Assembly (NCBI GenBank): GCA_030527595.1
Contig: JAUNAN010000001.1
Span: forward strand, 882-64,881
Direction: 5' to 3'
Source: Lachnospiraceae bacterium
GTDB taxonomy: Bacteria; Bacillota; Clostridia; Lachnospirales; Lachnospiraceae
Length of the DNA: 64,000 bases
In this document: piece after piece, positions 39,174-48,748 of the stretch
How the letters are laid out: the number at the start of each line of letters is the position of its first letter
Numbering within the stretch: the first letter of the stretch is position 1
Notes under the pieces: model-generated
What the model was told of the DNA's origin: nothing
Seen by the model: the letters and a program-made list of their open reading frames with translations, nothing else
The model's database searches: none
Made by a program: the position numbers and the translations under genes

Positions 39174-40525
39174 ATTTATTAACACAGCTCTCAAAATACT
39201 TTTTTATATTTCTGATGCTGCTGTTTACCCTTCGTGATTTCCTGTATCTGACAAGAAAGAGCGAATACCGGAAACGGCAGCTCCTCAGAGGACAGATCGT
39301 GATCATGTTTGTCATCACGATTTTTGCATTTGCAATCATTTTCTTTCATACGCTGGATGTGCAGGTACTGATTCTTCTGGCCGGAATTCTGTTCTATTAC
39401 GCGATGACGCTGATCGGATACCGCCTTTTTTACGGAAGATCATCGATGCTGCTTGTAAACAACATGCTGATGCTTCTGGGGATCGGCCTGATCATGATCG
39501 AGCGGCTCTACCCGGATCAGGCACTGAAACAGTTTATTATTGCTGCCGGATCCACCGCGATCGCTTTCGTTATTCCGGTTATGATCAGAAAGCTGAAGAT
39601 ACTGGAAAAACTGACATGGCTCTATGCGGGCATCGGAATTGCCGCCCTCCTGGGCGTATTGGCTCTGGCAACTGTCAGCGGCGGTGCCAAGCTTTCCCTG
39701 TCAGTGGGAGGGATCACCGTTCAGTTTTCCGAGATAGTAAAGATCACTCTGGTGTTTTTTATGGCAGCAAAGCTCTCGGGAGACCGTTCCTTTAAGAGTG
39801 TGGCGGTCACCACTGCCGTTGCGGCGGCTCATGTGATCATACTTGTACTTTCCACGGATCTCGGTACGGCACTTGTATTCTTTGTTGCCTACATTGTGAT
39901 CGTATTCGTGGCAACACGGAGACCCGTATATCCGCTTGCGGGACTGACCGGCGGAGCTCTTGCAGCGGTTCTTGCATTCAGGCTCTTCAGGCATGTGCGC
40001 GCACGTGTTACTGCCTGGCAGGATCCCTTTGCGGTATATGAGACATCCGGATATCAGATCGTTCAGGGTCTTTTTGCCATCAGTGCAGGAGGATGGTTCG
40101 GCGTCGGATTGTATAACGGCTCCCCATTTATGATTCCCGAGGTATCCAAGGACTTTATCTTTGCGGCGATCTGCGAGGAATTCGGCGGCGTTTTTGCGAT
40201 CTGTCTTGTACTTGTATGCATGAACCTGTTTCTTCTGATCGTCAGCATTTCTATGAAGCTGCATGACCGCTTCTATAAGCTGGTAGCGATCGGACTCGGT
40301 TCGGAATATGCATTCCAGGTATTTCTCACGATCGGAGGCGTTACGAAATTCATCCCGATGACCGGAATCACACTTCCGCTTGTCGCCTATGGAGGAAGCT
40401 CGGTAGTCAGTACGATTATTATGCTCGCAATTGTACAGGGAATGTATATACTGCGGGAAGATGAAGGAGATCAGATTGCGATTTACAAGAGATCAGGAAG
40501 AGGAAATGCAGGAACAGATCGGTGA
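39170..40525 (+). CDS. SEDS family peptidoglycan polymerase (FtsW/RodA)
   Basis: QFSEIVK, DLGTA, GYQ, DFIFAAICEEFG and PMTGITLPLVAYGGSS motifs. Confidence 0.92.
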   Translation: MNLLTQLSKYFFIFLMLLFTLRDFLYLTRKSEYRKRQLLRGQIVIMFVITIFAFAIIFFHTLDVQVLILLAGILFYYAMTLIGYRLFYGRSSMLLVNNMLMLLGIGLIMIERLYPDQALKQFIIAAGSTAIAFVIPVMIRKLKILEKLTWLYAGIGIAALLGVLALATVSGGAKLSLSVGGITVQFSEIVKITLVFFMAAKLSGDRSFKSVAVTTAVAAAHVIILVLSTDLGTALVFFVAYIVIVFVATRRPVYPLAGLTGGALAAVLAFRLFRHVRARVTAWQDPFAVYETSGYQIVQGLFAISAGGWFGVGLYNGSPFMIPEVSKDFIFAAICEEFGGVFAICLVLVCMNLFLLIVSISMKLHDRFYKLVAIGLGSEYAFQVFLTIGGVTKFIPMTGITLPLVAYGGSSVVSTIIMLAIVQGMYILREDEGDQIAIYKRSGRGNAGTDR

Positions 40526-42146
40526 GGACATCCGTGACATTCTTGATGGAAAAAGCGTTCGCTCTTCAAACAGACAATATTCAGGCAGGAAAGCTGTCCG
40601 CTCTTCAGGCGGGCATGATCCCGAAGGACCTGATAACAGGGAATCTTTCCCGGAAATGCGGGAAGGTGCCACGAGAAATCCTCGGAGGAACAGAGGCAAT
40701 ACCGGCAGAGACGGAGACAAAAGAGGCCTGCTGAAAAAGCAGACGCGTGTTCCGTTTCTGTTTGTTTCGTATGCGTTTGTAGCCATCTTTGTTGCGTTGA
40801 TCGTATACATCGGCTATTTCAATGTACGGTTAAGAGATGACATACTAAACAGTCCCTACAACAGAAGACAGAATGATAATGCGGTCTACGTCGTGCGCGG
40901 AGAGATCCTGGCAAAGGACGGTACGGTGCTTGCAGAGACAGAGCTTGATGATGACGGAGTGGAGAGACGCTTCTATCCGGAGGAAAATAAATATGCTCAT
41001 GTTGTAGGTTTTACAGCAAACGGGAAGAGCGGACTGGAATCCCTTCTGAATTACGATCTGCTTGCCGCCCACAATAACATTCTGGACAGGGTGATCAATG
41101 AATTTCAGGGAGAAAAAAATCCCGGTGATAATGTAGTCACCACCCTGGATACAGAACTTCAGGATGTCGCCTATGAGGCGCTGGGAGACTGGGACGGTGC
41201 TGCTGTTGTATTGGAACCGGATACCGGAAATGTTCTTGCGATGGTCAGTAAGCCGGATTTTGATCCGAATACGATAGCAGAAGAATGGGAGGAGCTCGTC
41301 GCAGATGACAGCAATTCCCAGCTGGTCAATCGGGCTACTCAGGGAAAATACCCACCGGGTTCTACCTTTAAGATCGTCACGGCTCTTGCCTATTACCGTG
41401 CGGAGGGAAATATAGAGGACTTCTTTTATGATTGTGACGGCAGCTTTACGGTTGACGACAATAATACCGTACACTGCTTCAACAGTTATGCTCACGGAGA
41501 AGAGGATCTGACTGAGGCTTTTGCCAACAGCTGTAACTCTGCCTTCTCTGAAATCGGTCTTGAGGTCGGAGCAAGGGCACTGGGTGATACTGCGGAAGAT
41601 CTTCTCTTTCAGGAAAAGCTTCCGTGTGATATCGCGTATTCCAGGTCTGCCTTTACTCTGAGCAGCGGGGCGGGAGATGCCTCTGTTGTACAGACTGCTT
41701 TCGGTCAGGGAGACACCCTGGTTTCACCTTATCATCTGGCACTGATCGCATCTGCAATCGCAAATGACGGAGTTCTGATGAAAACAAATTTTGTGGATCA
41801 TATCGAAAGTGACACGGGCGCTGTTGTCAAAGAAACAAAGCCTTCGCAATATAAAACACTCATGACAGAAGATGAGGCCGATGTGCTGACAGAGCTGATG
41901 AAGGCTGTTGTAGATGAGGGAACTGCGTCGGCACTTCAGGGACTTGATTATTCGGTCGCCTGCAAGACAGGATCTGCCGAATTTGAGATGAGTGACGGCG
42001 AACTCGGTACACATTCCTGGTTTGTCGGCTTTTCCGATCCGGATGATCCGGATATTGTGGTAGCTGTGATCACAGAGAACGGCGGTACGGGATCGTCCAC
42101 CTCTCTTCCGATCGCCAAACAGATTTTCGATGCTTATTATGACTGA
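40506..42146 (+). CDS. Class B penicillin-binding protein (PbpA-type transpeptidase)
   Basis: RGEI, YPPGSTFK (SxxK), SCN and KTGS motifs. TM helix follows a charged cytoplasmic N-terminus. Start approximate. Confidence 0.9.
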   Translation: MQEQIGEDIRDILDGKSVRSSNRQYSGRKAVRSSGGHDPEGPDNRESFPEMREGATRNPRRNRGNTGRDGDKRGLLKKQTRVPFLFVSYAFVAIFVALIVYIGYFNVRLRDDILNSPYNRRQNDNAVYVVRGEILAKDGTVLAETELDDDGVERRFYPEENKYAHVVGFTANGKSGLESLLNYDLLAAHNNILDRVINEFQGEKNPGDNVVTTLDTELQDVAYEALGDWDGAAVVLEPDTGNVLAMVSKPDFDPNTIAEEWEELVADDSNSQLVNRATQGKYPPGSTFKIVTALAYYRAEGNIEDFFYDCDGSFTVDDNNTVHCFNSYAHGEEDLTEAFANSCNSAFSEIGLEVGARALGDTAEDLLFQEKLPCDIAYSRSAFTLSSGAGDASVVQTAFGQGDTLVSPYHLALIASAIANDGVLMKTNFVDHIESDTGAVVKETKPSQYKTLMTEDEADVLTELMKAVVDEGTASALQGLDYSVACKTGSAEFEMSDGELGTHSWFVGFSDPDDPDIVVAVITENGGTGSSTSLPIAKQIFDAYYD

Positions 42147-42162
42147 GCAGAAAGAGGCAGAT

Positions 42163-42480
42163 ATGCTGAACTGGTTTCCGGATCTTTATATCACGGATGC
42201 CGCACACAGAGACAGCGACAAGGTGATCGAAAAATTAAATAAGGGGAAATTTGTTCCTTCACGATATCTGGTCACGCTTGCCTCCAATCCGGCTGATCAG
42301 CTTGACCTTGTAAGTACGGTATGGCTAAAACAGGAGCAGTGTGCAAGACATCTGCCTCCGGTGATCGGTATTGCCGCTTCCCGTGCCGATGCGGTAAATC
42401 TCGTGATACGCATAACGGAGGAGTGTCTGGCCGAGACCGGAACTACAGATCTGCGCAGCTATGTAAAGAGCAGGAGATAA
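42163..42480 (+). CDS. Hypothetical protein
   Basis: ORF fills the gap between operon genes, with SD AGAGG. No recognisable motif. Confidence 0.7.
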   Translation: MLNWFPDLYITDAAHRDSDKVIEKLNKGKFVPSRYLVTLASNPADQLDLVSTVWLKQEQCARHLPPVIGIAASRADAVNLVIRITEECLAETGTTDLRSYVKSRR

Positions 42481-42483
42481 GAG

Positions 42484-43602
42484 ATGGCTATTCTATTTGG
42501 AATACTGAAAGTAATCGGGATTCTGCTTTTGAGTCTGCTTTGTCTTGTGCTTCTTCTTGTGCTCATCGTTCTCTTTGTACCGATCCGCTATCGCGCAGAG
42601 GGAGTCTGGCATCCGGATGAGCGACGTCTTGATGCCGGTGTAACGTGGCTGTTTCATCTTCTGAATGTGTCTTTTAACCTGAAATACGAGAGCGGGTTAA
42701 AGACCGGTCTTTCTATCCGGATTCTCGGGAGAACGATCGGTGCTGGAAAGAAGCAAAAACGGAAAGAGCAGGCAGCTAAATCCGGAAAAAGAAAAAAACG
42801 AATTCAAAAGCTGAAGAAAGAAAATCCGGAACAGTATAAAAAGCTGACCGCTGAGGCAGAGGAACAGAAGAAAATTTCCGAAGCAGGAAAACAGGAAAAC
42901 CCGGTAAAGTCTGAAAAAACGATGACTTCGAAAAAAACGATGACTCCGGAAAAATCTGTGGTTCCGGAAAAAACAGATCGGAAGTCTGCATCAAAGTCCG
43001 GGACGAAAACGTCTGTCTCCGAAACGGAGACAAGTGAGGTTTCCGAAGGGGAGGAGAGGGAGCAAAAACCGTTCTTTATGATTACGCTCATAAAGAAAGC
43101 CGCCGCACTCCTTCTGTCGATCGTCGGTAAAATCGGATTTATCCTGAACCATGCCTGGGAGATACCGGGCAGGATCGTCAATGCTGTCGTGAAAGTTGTC
43201 GACAAAGCAGCGGGGGTCTGTGGTAAAATATCAGCGTGGGTCGGCTTTCTCAGGGACGAGGAGGTCACACATACTATTCGGGAACTGAAGCGCACGCTTT
43301 TTTTGCTGCTTAGACACATCGGACCTAAAAAAGCAAAGGGTACCGTTACCTTCGGGTTAGAAGATCCGTCACAGACGGGAATGATTCTTGCCGCTGCATC
43401 CGTCTTTTTCCCTGTCTACGGAAACAAGGTGACCCTGAGCCCGAATTTTGAGGAGCAGGTTTTGGACGGCGAACTGGAAATGAAAGGGCGGATCCGTCTG
43501 GGATATCTTGTTTATCTGGGACTGAGATTGATTCTTGACCGCGAAGTACGCGGCTCGTATCATAAATTCAAGAAAGTAAAGGAGGAAACACAACATGGCT
43601 GA
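42484..43602 (+). CDS. DUF2953 (YtfI-like) membrane protein
   Basis: N-terminal TM LIVLFVPIRY and C-terminal FGLEDPSQTG..PNF motif. Directly upstream of a ytfJ-like gene. Confidence 0.8.
   Translation: MAILFGILKVIGILLLSLLCLVLLLVLIVLFVPIRYRAEGVWHPDERRLDAGVTWLFHLLNVSFNLKYESGLKTGLSIRILGRTIGAGKKQKRKEQAAKSGKRKKRIQKLKKENPEQYKKLTAEAEEQKKISEAGKQENPVKSEKTMTSKKTMTPEKSVVPEKTDRKSASKSGTKTSVSETETSEVSEGEEREQKPFFMITLIKKAAALLLSIVGKIGFILNHAWEIPGRIVNAVVKVVDKAAGVCGKISAWVGFLRDEEVTHTIRELKRTLFLLLRHIGPKKAKGTVTFGLEDPSQTGMILAAASVFFPVYGNKVTLSPNFEEQVLDGELEMKGRIRLGYLVYLGLRLILDREVRGSYHKFKKVKEETQHG
42913..42974 (+). repeat. Imperfect 18-nt in-frame tandem repeat (~3.4 units)
   Basis: GAAAAAACGATGACTTCG / AAAAAAACGATGACTCCG / GAAAAATCTGTGGTTCCG / GAAAAAAC, encoding EKTMTS-KKTMTP-EKSVVP-EKT. 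Confidence 0.75.
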
Positions 43603-43951
43603 TAACTTTGAAAATACAGTGGATTCACTCTTTAAGGGAATGGACAGCTTTTTGTCTTCTAAGACAGTTGTCGGCGAGGCAATTCATGTGGGAGATACCA
43701 TCCTTCTTCCGCTTGTAGATGTGACCTTCGGTGTAGGAGCAGGTGCAAGCCAGGGTGACAAAAAGACTCCGAATGCGGGAGGCGGACTTGGCGGAAAGCT
43801 GACACCGAGTGCTGTTCTTGTTATTTCAAACGGTACGACAAAACTCGTTAATGTGAAAAATCAGGATGGTATGACGAAGATCCTGGATATGGTGCCTGAT
43901 CTTGTCAATAAGTTTACCGATCATAAAGAGGAAAAGACAGAAGATCTCTGA
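43595..43951 (+). CDS. GerW/YtfJ family protein
   Basis: KTVVGEAI..DTILLPLVDVTFGVGAG..GGGLGGKLTPSAVLVI..ILDMVPDLV. Confidence 0.88.
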   Translation: MADNFENTVDSLFKGMDSFLSSKTVVGEAIHVGDTILLPLVDVTFGVGAGASQGDKKTPNAGGGLGGKLTPSAVLVISNGTTKLVNVKNQDGMTKILDMVPDLVNKFTDHKEEKTEDL

Positions 43952-43985
43952 TAAAATTTGATATCCTGCAAAATAAAAAAAGTGC

Positions 43986-44014
43986 TTGCATATCAATATA
44001 TATTCTGATAGAAT
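43986..44014 (+). promoter_or_regulatory. Sigma-A promoter for rpmB
   Basis: TTGCAT-17 bp-TAGAAT with an extended -10 TG. Confidence 0.7.
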
Positions 44015-44073
44015 ATCACTCGTTGATTACTGGTCTTTTGACAGACCAACTCTTGTGCAAGGAGGTGTTACAG

Positions 44074-44259
44074 ATGGCAGTTTGTTCAGTTTGCGGAAAA
44101 GGCGCTCATTTTGGTAATAATGTCAGCCATTCTCATAGAAGATCCAACAGAATGTGGAAATCCAACATTAAAAGAGTCAAAATTAATGTGAATGGTACTC
44201 CGAAGCACGCATATGTCTGCACTCAGTGCCTGAAGTCTGGCAAAGTAGAGCGCGCATAA
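44074..44259 (+). CDS. rpmB: 50S ribosomal protein L28
   Basis: CSVCGK..FGNNVSHSHRRSNRMWKSN..VCTQCLK (Zn-ribbon type). SD AAGGAGGTG. Confidence 0.97.
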   Translation: MAVCSVCGKGAHFGNNVSHSHRRSNRMWKSNIKRVKINVNGTPKHAYVCTQCLKSGKVERA

Positions 44260-44281
44260 TTCTGAATAAAGAATGCGTAAC

Positions 44282-44309
44282 AGGGAAGCTGAAAGGCTTC
44301 CCTTTCTTG
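44282..44309 (+). terminator. Intrinsic terminator after rpmB
   Basis: AGGGAAGCT-GAA-AGGCTTCCCT followed by TTCTT. Confidence 0.8.
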
Positions 44310-44457
44310 TGCCGTAAATTGTATTTATTAAAATAATTTAAGAAAATCTGTGCTCTTATGTAAGAGATTGCAGTTTGACATAAAAACGTATATAATATAC
44401 AACCAAAGCAATAAAAAATTAGCCTGTTTAAACAGAGTAAGTACGGAGGTTTTATCT

Positions 44458-44814
44458 ATGAAGGGGATAATGAATTCTGAGTATGGAAACATTCTCATCG
44501 ACCCCGATGTGATTGCCACCTATGCCGGAAGTGTTGCGGTAGGCTGTTTCGGTATTGTCGGAATGGCTGCATACAGCGTAAAGGACGGCCTTGTTCATCT
44601 CTTGAAAAGAGACGGACTGAAATACGGCATTAATGTAAAGATTGAAGATAACAAAATATCCATGACCATTCACTGCATCGTTGCCTATGGCGTAAGTATT
44701 CTTGCCGTGACCGATAATCTGATCGAAAGTGTTCAGTATAAGGTTCAGCAGTTTACAGGCATGGAAGTCGCAAAGATCGATGTTCTTGTCGAAGGTATTC
44801 GCGTCATTGACTAA
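44458..44814 (+). CDS. Asp23/Gls24 family protein (YloU-like)
   Basis: VIATYAG..CFGIVGMA..VKDGLV..VAYGVSI motif. Directly upstream of fakA. Confidence 0.9.
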   Translation: MKGIMNSEYGNILIDPDVIATYAGSVAVGCFGIVGMAAYSVKDGLVHLLKRDGLKYGINVKIEDNKISMTIHCIVAYGVSILAVTDNLIESVQYKVQQFTGMEVAKIDVLVEGIRVID

Positions 44815-44817
44815 CGG

Positions 44818-46491
44818 ATGGAGGAAGCAAACGTGGAAATTATAAAGCTTGATGCCCAGATGCTGCGCAAGATGTTTCTTGCCGGAGCGAAGAATCTGGA
44901 GGTAAAAAAGAACTGGATCAATGAACTGAATGTCTTTCCGGTTCCGGACGGTGACACAGGTACTAATATGACGCTGACGATCATGTCTGCGGCAAATGAA
45001 GTAAATGCTCTGAATGCTCCGTCCATGGATGAACTGTGCAAGGCAATTGCGTCCGGTTCTCTTCGCGGTGCGAGAGGAAATTCCGGAGTCATCCTCTCTC
45101 AGCTTCTGAGAGGATTTACAAAAGTGATTCGTGACTATGATGAAGTCGATGCGGCACTGCTCGCCGAAGCTGCGAAAAAGGCTGTTGAGACTGCCTACAA
45201 AGCCGTCATGAAGCCGAAGGAGGGCACGATCCTTACCGTGGCGCGCGCTCTGGCCGAGAAGGCTGTGGAAATCGCTCCGAATGCTTCGGATCTGTCAGTA
45301 TTTTTTACTGAAGTACTTGCCGCAGGCAGCGAGGCACTTGCCAATACGCCCGAGCTTCTTCCGGTTCTGAAGGAAGCGGGTGTTGTCGATTCCGGCGGTA
45401 CCGGACTTATGGCCGTCATTGAGGGCGGAATCGATGCATTCAACGGCAAGGAGATCGATCTTACCTTTGAAGCACCGGAAAAAGTTGTCATTCAGCCGGT
45501 TCGTAAGGAAATCAGCACAGATGATATTAAGTTCGGCTACTGCACGGAATTTATTGTGATGCTGGAGAAGGAATTTACGGATGAGGATGAGGATGAATTC
45601 AAGAAGTTCCTGACCTCGATCGGTGACAGCATTGTCTGCGTGGCAATGGATGATATCGTGAAGGTTCACGTTCACACGAATCATCCGGGTCAGGCCTTTG
45701 AAAAAGGTCTCACCTACGGTCAGCTCACAAAAATGAAGGTTGATAATATGCGCGAGGAGCATAAAGAGACACTTTTTACGCGCGCAGAAAAAGAAAAAGC
45801 TGAACAGGAAGATTCCCGTGAGACACCCCGCAAGAAGTTCGGTTTCATCTCTGTCACGATCGGAGACGGCATGACCGAAATTTTCAAGGGACTCGGTGTG
45901 GATTATCTGATCGAAGGCGGTCAGACCATGAATCCGAGTACGGATGACATGCTCAAGGCAATTGAAGCCGTACATGCGGAAAATGTGTTTATTCTGCCGA
46001 ATAATAAGAATGTCATTCTCGCGGCATCCCAGGCAAAGGAACTTGTGGAAGACTGCAACGTCCTTGTTGTTCCGACAAAGACAGTTCCGCAGGGAATTAC
46101 CGCAGTCGTGAATTTTATTGATACAAGATCTCCGGAAGAGAATCTTGAAGTGATGACAGAGGAGATTCAGAACGTCAAGACCGGTGAGGTGACTTACGCG
46201 GTTCGTGATACCAAGATCGACGGTGTGGATATTCATTCCGGTGACATCATGGGAATCGGCGATTCTGGAATTCTGGCTGTCGGCTCTGATGTGCGTGCGG
46301 TCACAATGGAAATGCTTGAGAAGCTTGTGGACGATGATTCCGAGCTGATCAGCGTGTATGCGGGACAGGATTTTACCAAGGAAGAGGCAGAGGCTCTCGG
46401 AGAAGAGATCGAAGATGCTTTCCCTGATGTGGATATAGAATCCAATTACGGCGGACAGCCGATCTATTACTGCATTGTATCAGTCGAATAA
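44818..46491 (+). CDS. fakA: Fatty acid kinase subunit A (DAK2 domain, YloV)
   Basis: NELNVFPVPDGDTGTNM, GARGNSGVILSQ, VVDSGG, YCTEF, HVHT and GGQP motifs. The true start may be GTG 44833. Confidence 0.93.
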   Translation: MEEANVEIIKLDAQMLRKMFLAGAKNLEVKKNWINELNVFPVPDGDTGTNMTLTIMSAANEVNALNAPSMDELCKAIASGSLRGARGNSGVILSQLLRGFTKVIRDYDEVDAALLAEAAKKAVETAYKAVMKPKEGTILTVARALAEKAVEIAPNASDLSVFFTEVLAAGSEALANTPELLPVLKEAGVVDSGGTGLMAVIEGGIDAFNGKEIDLTFEAPEKVVIQPVRKEISTDDIKFGYCTEFIVMLEKEFTDEDEDEFKKFLTSIGDSIVCVAMDDIVKVHVHTNHPGQAFEKGLTYGQLTKMKVDNMREEHKETLFTRAEKEKAEQEDSRETPRKKFGFISVTIGDGMTEIFKGLGVDYLIEGGQTMNPSTDDMLKAIEAVHAENVFILPNNKNVILAASQAKELVEDCNVLVVPTKTVPQGITAVVNFIDTRSPEENLEVMTEEIQNVKTGEVTYAVRDTKIDGVDIHSGDIMGIGDSGILAVGSDVRAVTMEMLEKLVDDDSELISVYAGQDFTKEEAEALGEEIEDAFPDVDIESNYGGQPIYYCIVSVE

Positions 46492-46501
46492 GATTTTTCG
46501 C

Positions 46502-46532
46502 GGGAGCTGTACGATTTGTACAGCTCCCTCTT
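46502..46532 (+). terminator. Hairpin / terminator after fakA
   Basis: GGGAGCTGTAC-GATTT-GTACAGCTCCC followed by TCTT. Confidence 0.7.
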
Positions 46533-46590
46533 ATGTGAAAGCGAAGGCGTCTGCCGGGGCCGTTACTTTTCACGGACAGAAAGGATCTCT

Positions 46591-48636
46591 ATGAAATTAA
46601 CGGACATCAAAGGAATCGGACCCAAGACAGAAGCTCTTTTTCAAAAACTCGGAGTTTCGACGCAGGAATCCCTGATCCGCTATTATCCGATCGGGTATGA
46701 TTCTTATGAGGCTCCCGTTACTGTATCGGAGGCAGCTCCGGGAGGACGGTTTGCCGTCTGCGGGACTGTGGGTAAGAGCATTGCCCTCAGGCGGGGGAAG
46801 AAGTTCACAGTCGTCACCGCGAACGTTTCGGATCATTCAGGCATGATGCAGCTCATCTGGTTTAATGCTCCGTTTATGCGCTCTGTCCTGAAGCCCGGTT
46901 CCCGTATGGTTTTTCGCGGAGCTGTCACGGCAAAGGGTGAAAAGAAATATATGGAGCATCCTGAGGTGATGACGGAGGATGCCTATCTTGAAAAAATGAA
47001 TACACTTGTTCCTAAGTACGGTCTGACAAAGGGGCTCAGCAATGCAGCTGTCAGCAAAGCCGTAAAGGAGATCCTGAATGCGAAAGCCCTCGGAAAAGAA
47101 ATTCTTCCGGATGGGCTGCTCGACTCCTGCGGGCTGATGTGCGAGACGGAGGCACTGCGGTGTATTCATTTCCCGAAAAACAAGGAGGAACTTACCTCAG
47201 CGCGGAACAGACTTATCTTTGATGAGTTCCTTCTGTTTATTCTTGCCATGAAAAAACTAAAGGAGCGCGGATCGGAAACGGTTACGCCCTATCGCATGCA
47301 GACTTCATGGACGATTGAGGAGGTTCTGAGTCGTCTGCCTTATCGCCTGACCGGAGATCAGCTTGCCGCATGGAAGGATGTTGAGAGAGATCTCTGCGGC
47401 GAGAAACCGATGTCAAGACTCATTCAGGGTGATGTCGGGTCGGGAAAGACGATCCTCGCTTTTCTGGCACTGATCATGACGGCTGATAATCATATGCAGG
47501 GGGCGCTTATGGCACCAACAGAGGTGCTGGCAAGACAGCACTATCAGAAACTGCTTGATTTAAAGGAATCACTGGGGCTTACACAGATTCATCCCGTCCT
47601 GCTTACAGGTTCTTTGCGTGCAAAGGAACGCAGAGAGGCTCTTTCCGCTATAGAGAACGGATATGCCAATGCCGTGATCGGAACCCATGCCCTGATTCAG
47701 AAGACTGTCAATTATAAAAAGCTCGGACTGATCATTACAGATGAGCAGCACAGATTCGGTGTTCATCAGAGAGATGCACTGGTGGACAGCACCTGTCCGC
47801 CGCATACGATGGTCATGAGTGCGACGCCGATTCCGAGAACACTCGGTATTATTTATTACGGGGATCTGGATATCTCGGTAATCCGACAGATGCCCGCCAG
47901 AAGGCTTCCGATCAAAAGCGCACTTGTCGATGAGAGCTACAGGAAAACAGCGGAGACGTTCATCAGGAAGCAGGTAGAAGAAGGACGGCAGGCATATGTC
48001 ATTTGTCCTCTGATCGAGCCGTCAGAGGAAATGGAAGCAAAAAGTGCCATAGAGGAGGCAGAGCTCTTTCGAAAACTCTTTCCGGATCACACAGTCGGTC
48101 TCCTTCACGGGCGAATGACTCCGTCGGAAAAGGACGATGTCATGGAACGGTTTTTGCAGGGTGACATTCAGATCCTTGTATCGACGACCGTGGTAGAGGT
48201 AGGGGTTGATGTGCCGAATGCCACTGTGATCCTTATAGAGAATGCAGAACGTTTCGGTCTTGCCGCGCTTCACCAGCTGAGGGGGCGTGTCGGACGCGGG
48301 GTACATCAGTCTTACTGCATTTTTATGGCAGGACAAAAATCAGAGGCGATCATGGATCGTCTTGAGATCCTCTCAAAATCCTCCAGCGGATTTGAAATTG
48401 CCGAGAAGGATCTTTCAATGAGAGGACCCGGCGACCTGCTGGGTATTCGTCAAAGCGGAGATATGCTTTTCAGGATAGCGGATATTACGAGAGACGGAGA
48501 GGTCTTGAAGCTTGCCGGCAGGGCAGCGGAGGGAATTATGCGCGAGGATCCTTCTCTTACAAGTGAACGATACCGACTGCTTGGAGATGAGATACGTACA
48601 GCCATCGAAAATCGTGATCAGAATCTGACACTGTAA
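46591..48636 (+). CDS. recG: ATP-dependent DNA helicase RecG
   Basis: QGDVGSGKT, DEQHRFG, MSATPIPRT, LHQLRGRVGRG and RGPGD motifs. Confidence 0.96.
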   Translation: MKLTDIKGIGPKTEALFQKLGVSTQESLIRYYPIGYDSYEAPVTVSEAAPGGRFAVCGTVGKSIALRRGKKFTVVTANVSDHSGMMQLIWFNAPFMRSVLKPGSRMVFRGAVTAKGEKKYMEHPEVMTEDAYLEKMNTLVPKYGLTKGLSNAAVSKAVKEILNAKALGKEILPDGLLDSCGLMCETEALRCIHFPKNKEELTSARNRLIFDEFLLFILAMKKLKERGSETVTPYRMQTSWTIEEVLSRLPYRLTGDQLAAWKDVERDLCGEKPMSRLIQGDVGSGKTILAFLALIMTADNHMQGALMAPTEVLARQHYQKLLDLKESLGLTQIHPVLLTGSLRAKERREALSAIENGYANAVIGTHALIQKTVNYKKLGLIITDEQHRFGVHQRDALVDSTCPPHTMVMSATPIPRTLGIIYYGDLDISVIRQMPARRLPIKSALVDESYRKTAETFIRKQVEEGRQAYVICPLIEPSEEMEAKSAIEEAELFRKLFPDHTVGLLHGRMTPSEKDDVMERFLQGDIQILVSTTVVEVGVDVPNATVILIENAERFGLAALHQLRGRVGRGVHQSYCIFMAGQKSEAIMDRLEILSKSSSGFEIAEKDLSMRGPGDLLGIRQSGDMLFRIADITRDGEVLKLAGRAAEGIMREDPSLTSERYRLLGDEIRTAIENRDQNLTL

Positions 48637-48694
48637 CGGAAATTCATATCAGTAAATTATTTGATTAAAAACTTTGTGAATTTGCATAAAATGA

Positions 48695-48723
48695 TTGCCA
48701 ATAATTCATCGTTTTGCTATAAT
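48695..48723 (+). promoter_or_regulatory. Sigma-A promoter for mgsA-like-rsmD
   Basis: TTGCCA-17 bp-TATAAT with an extended -10 TG. Confidence 0.75.
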
Positions 48724-48748
48724 ATTCACAAAATACGGAGGTGGACCG

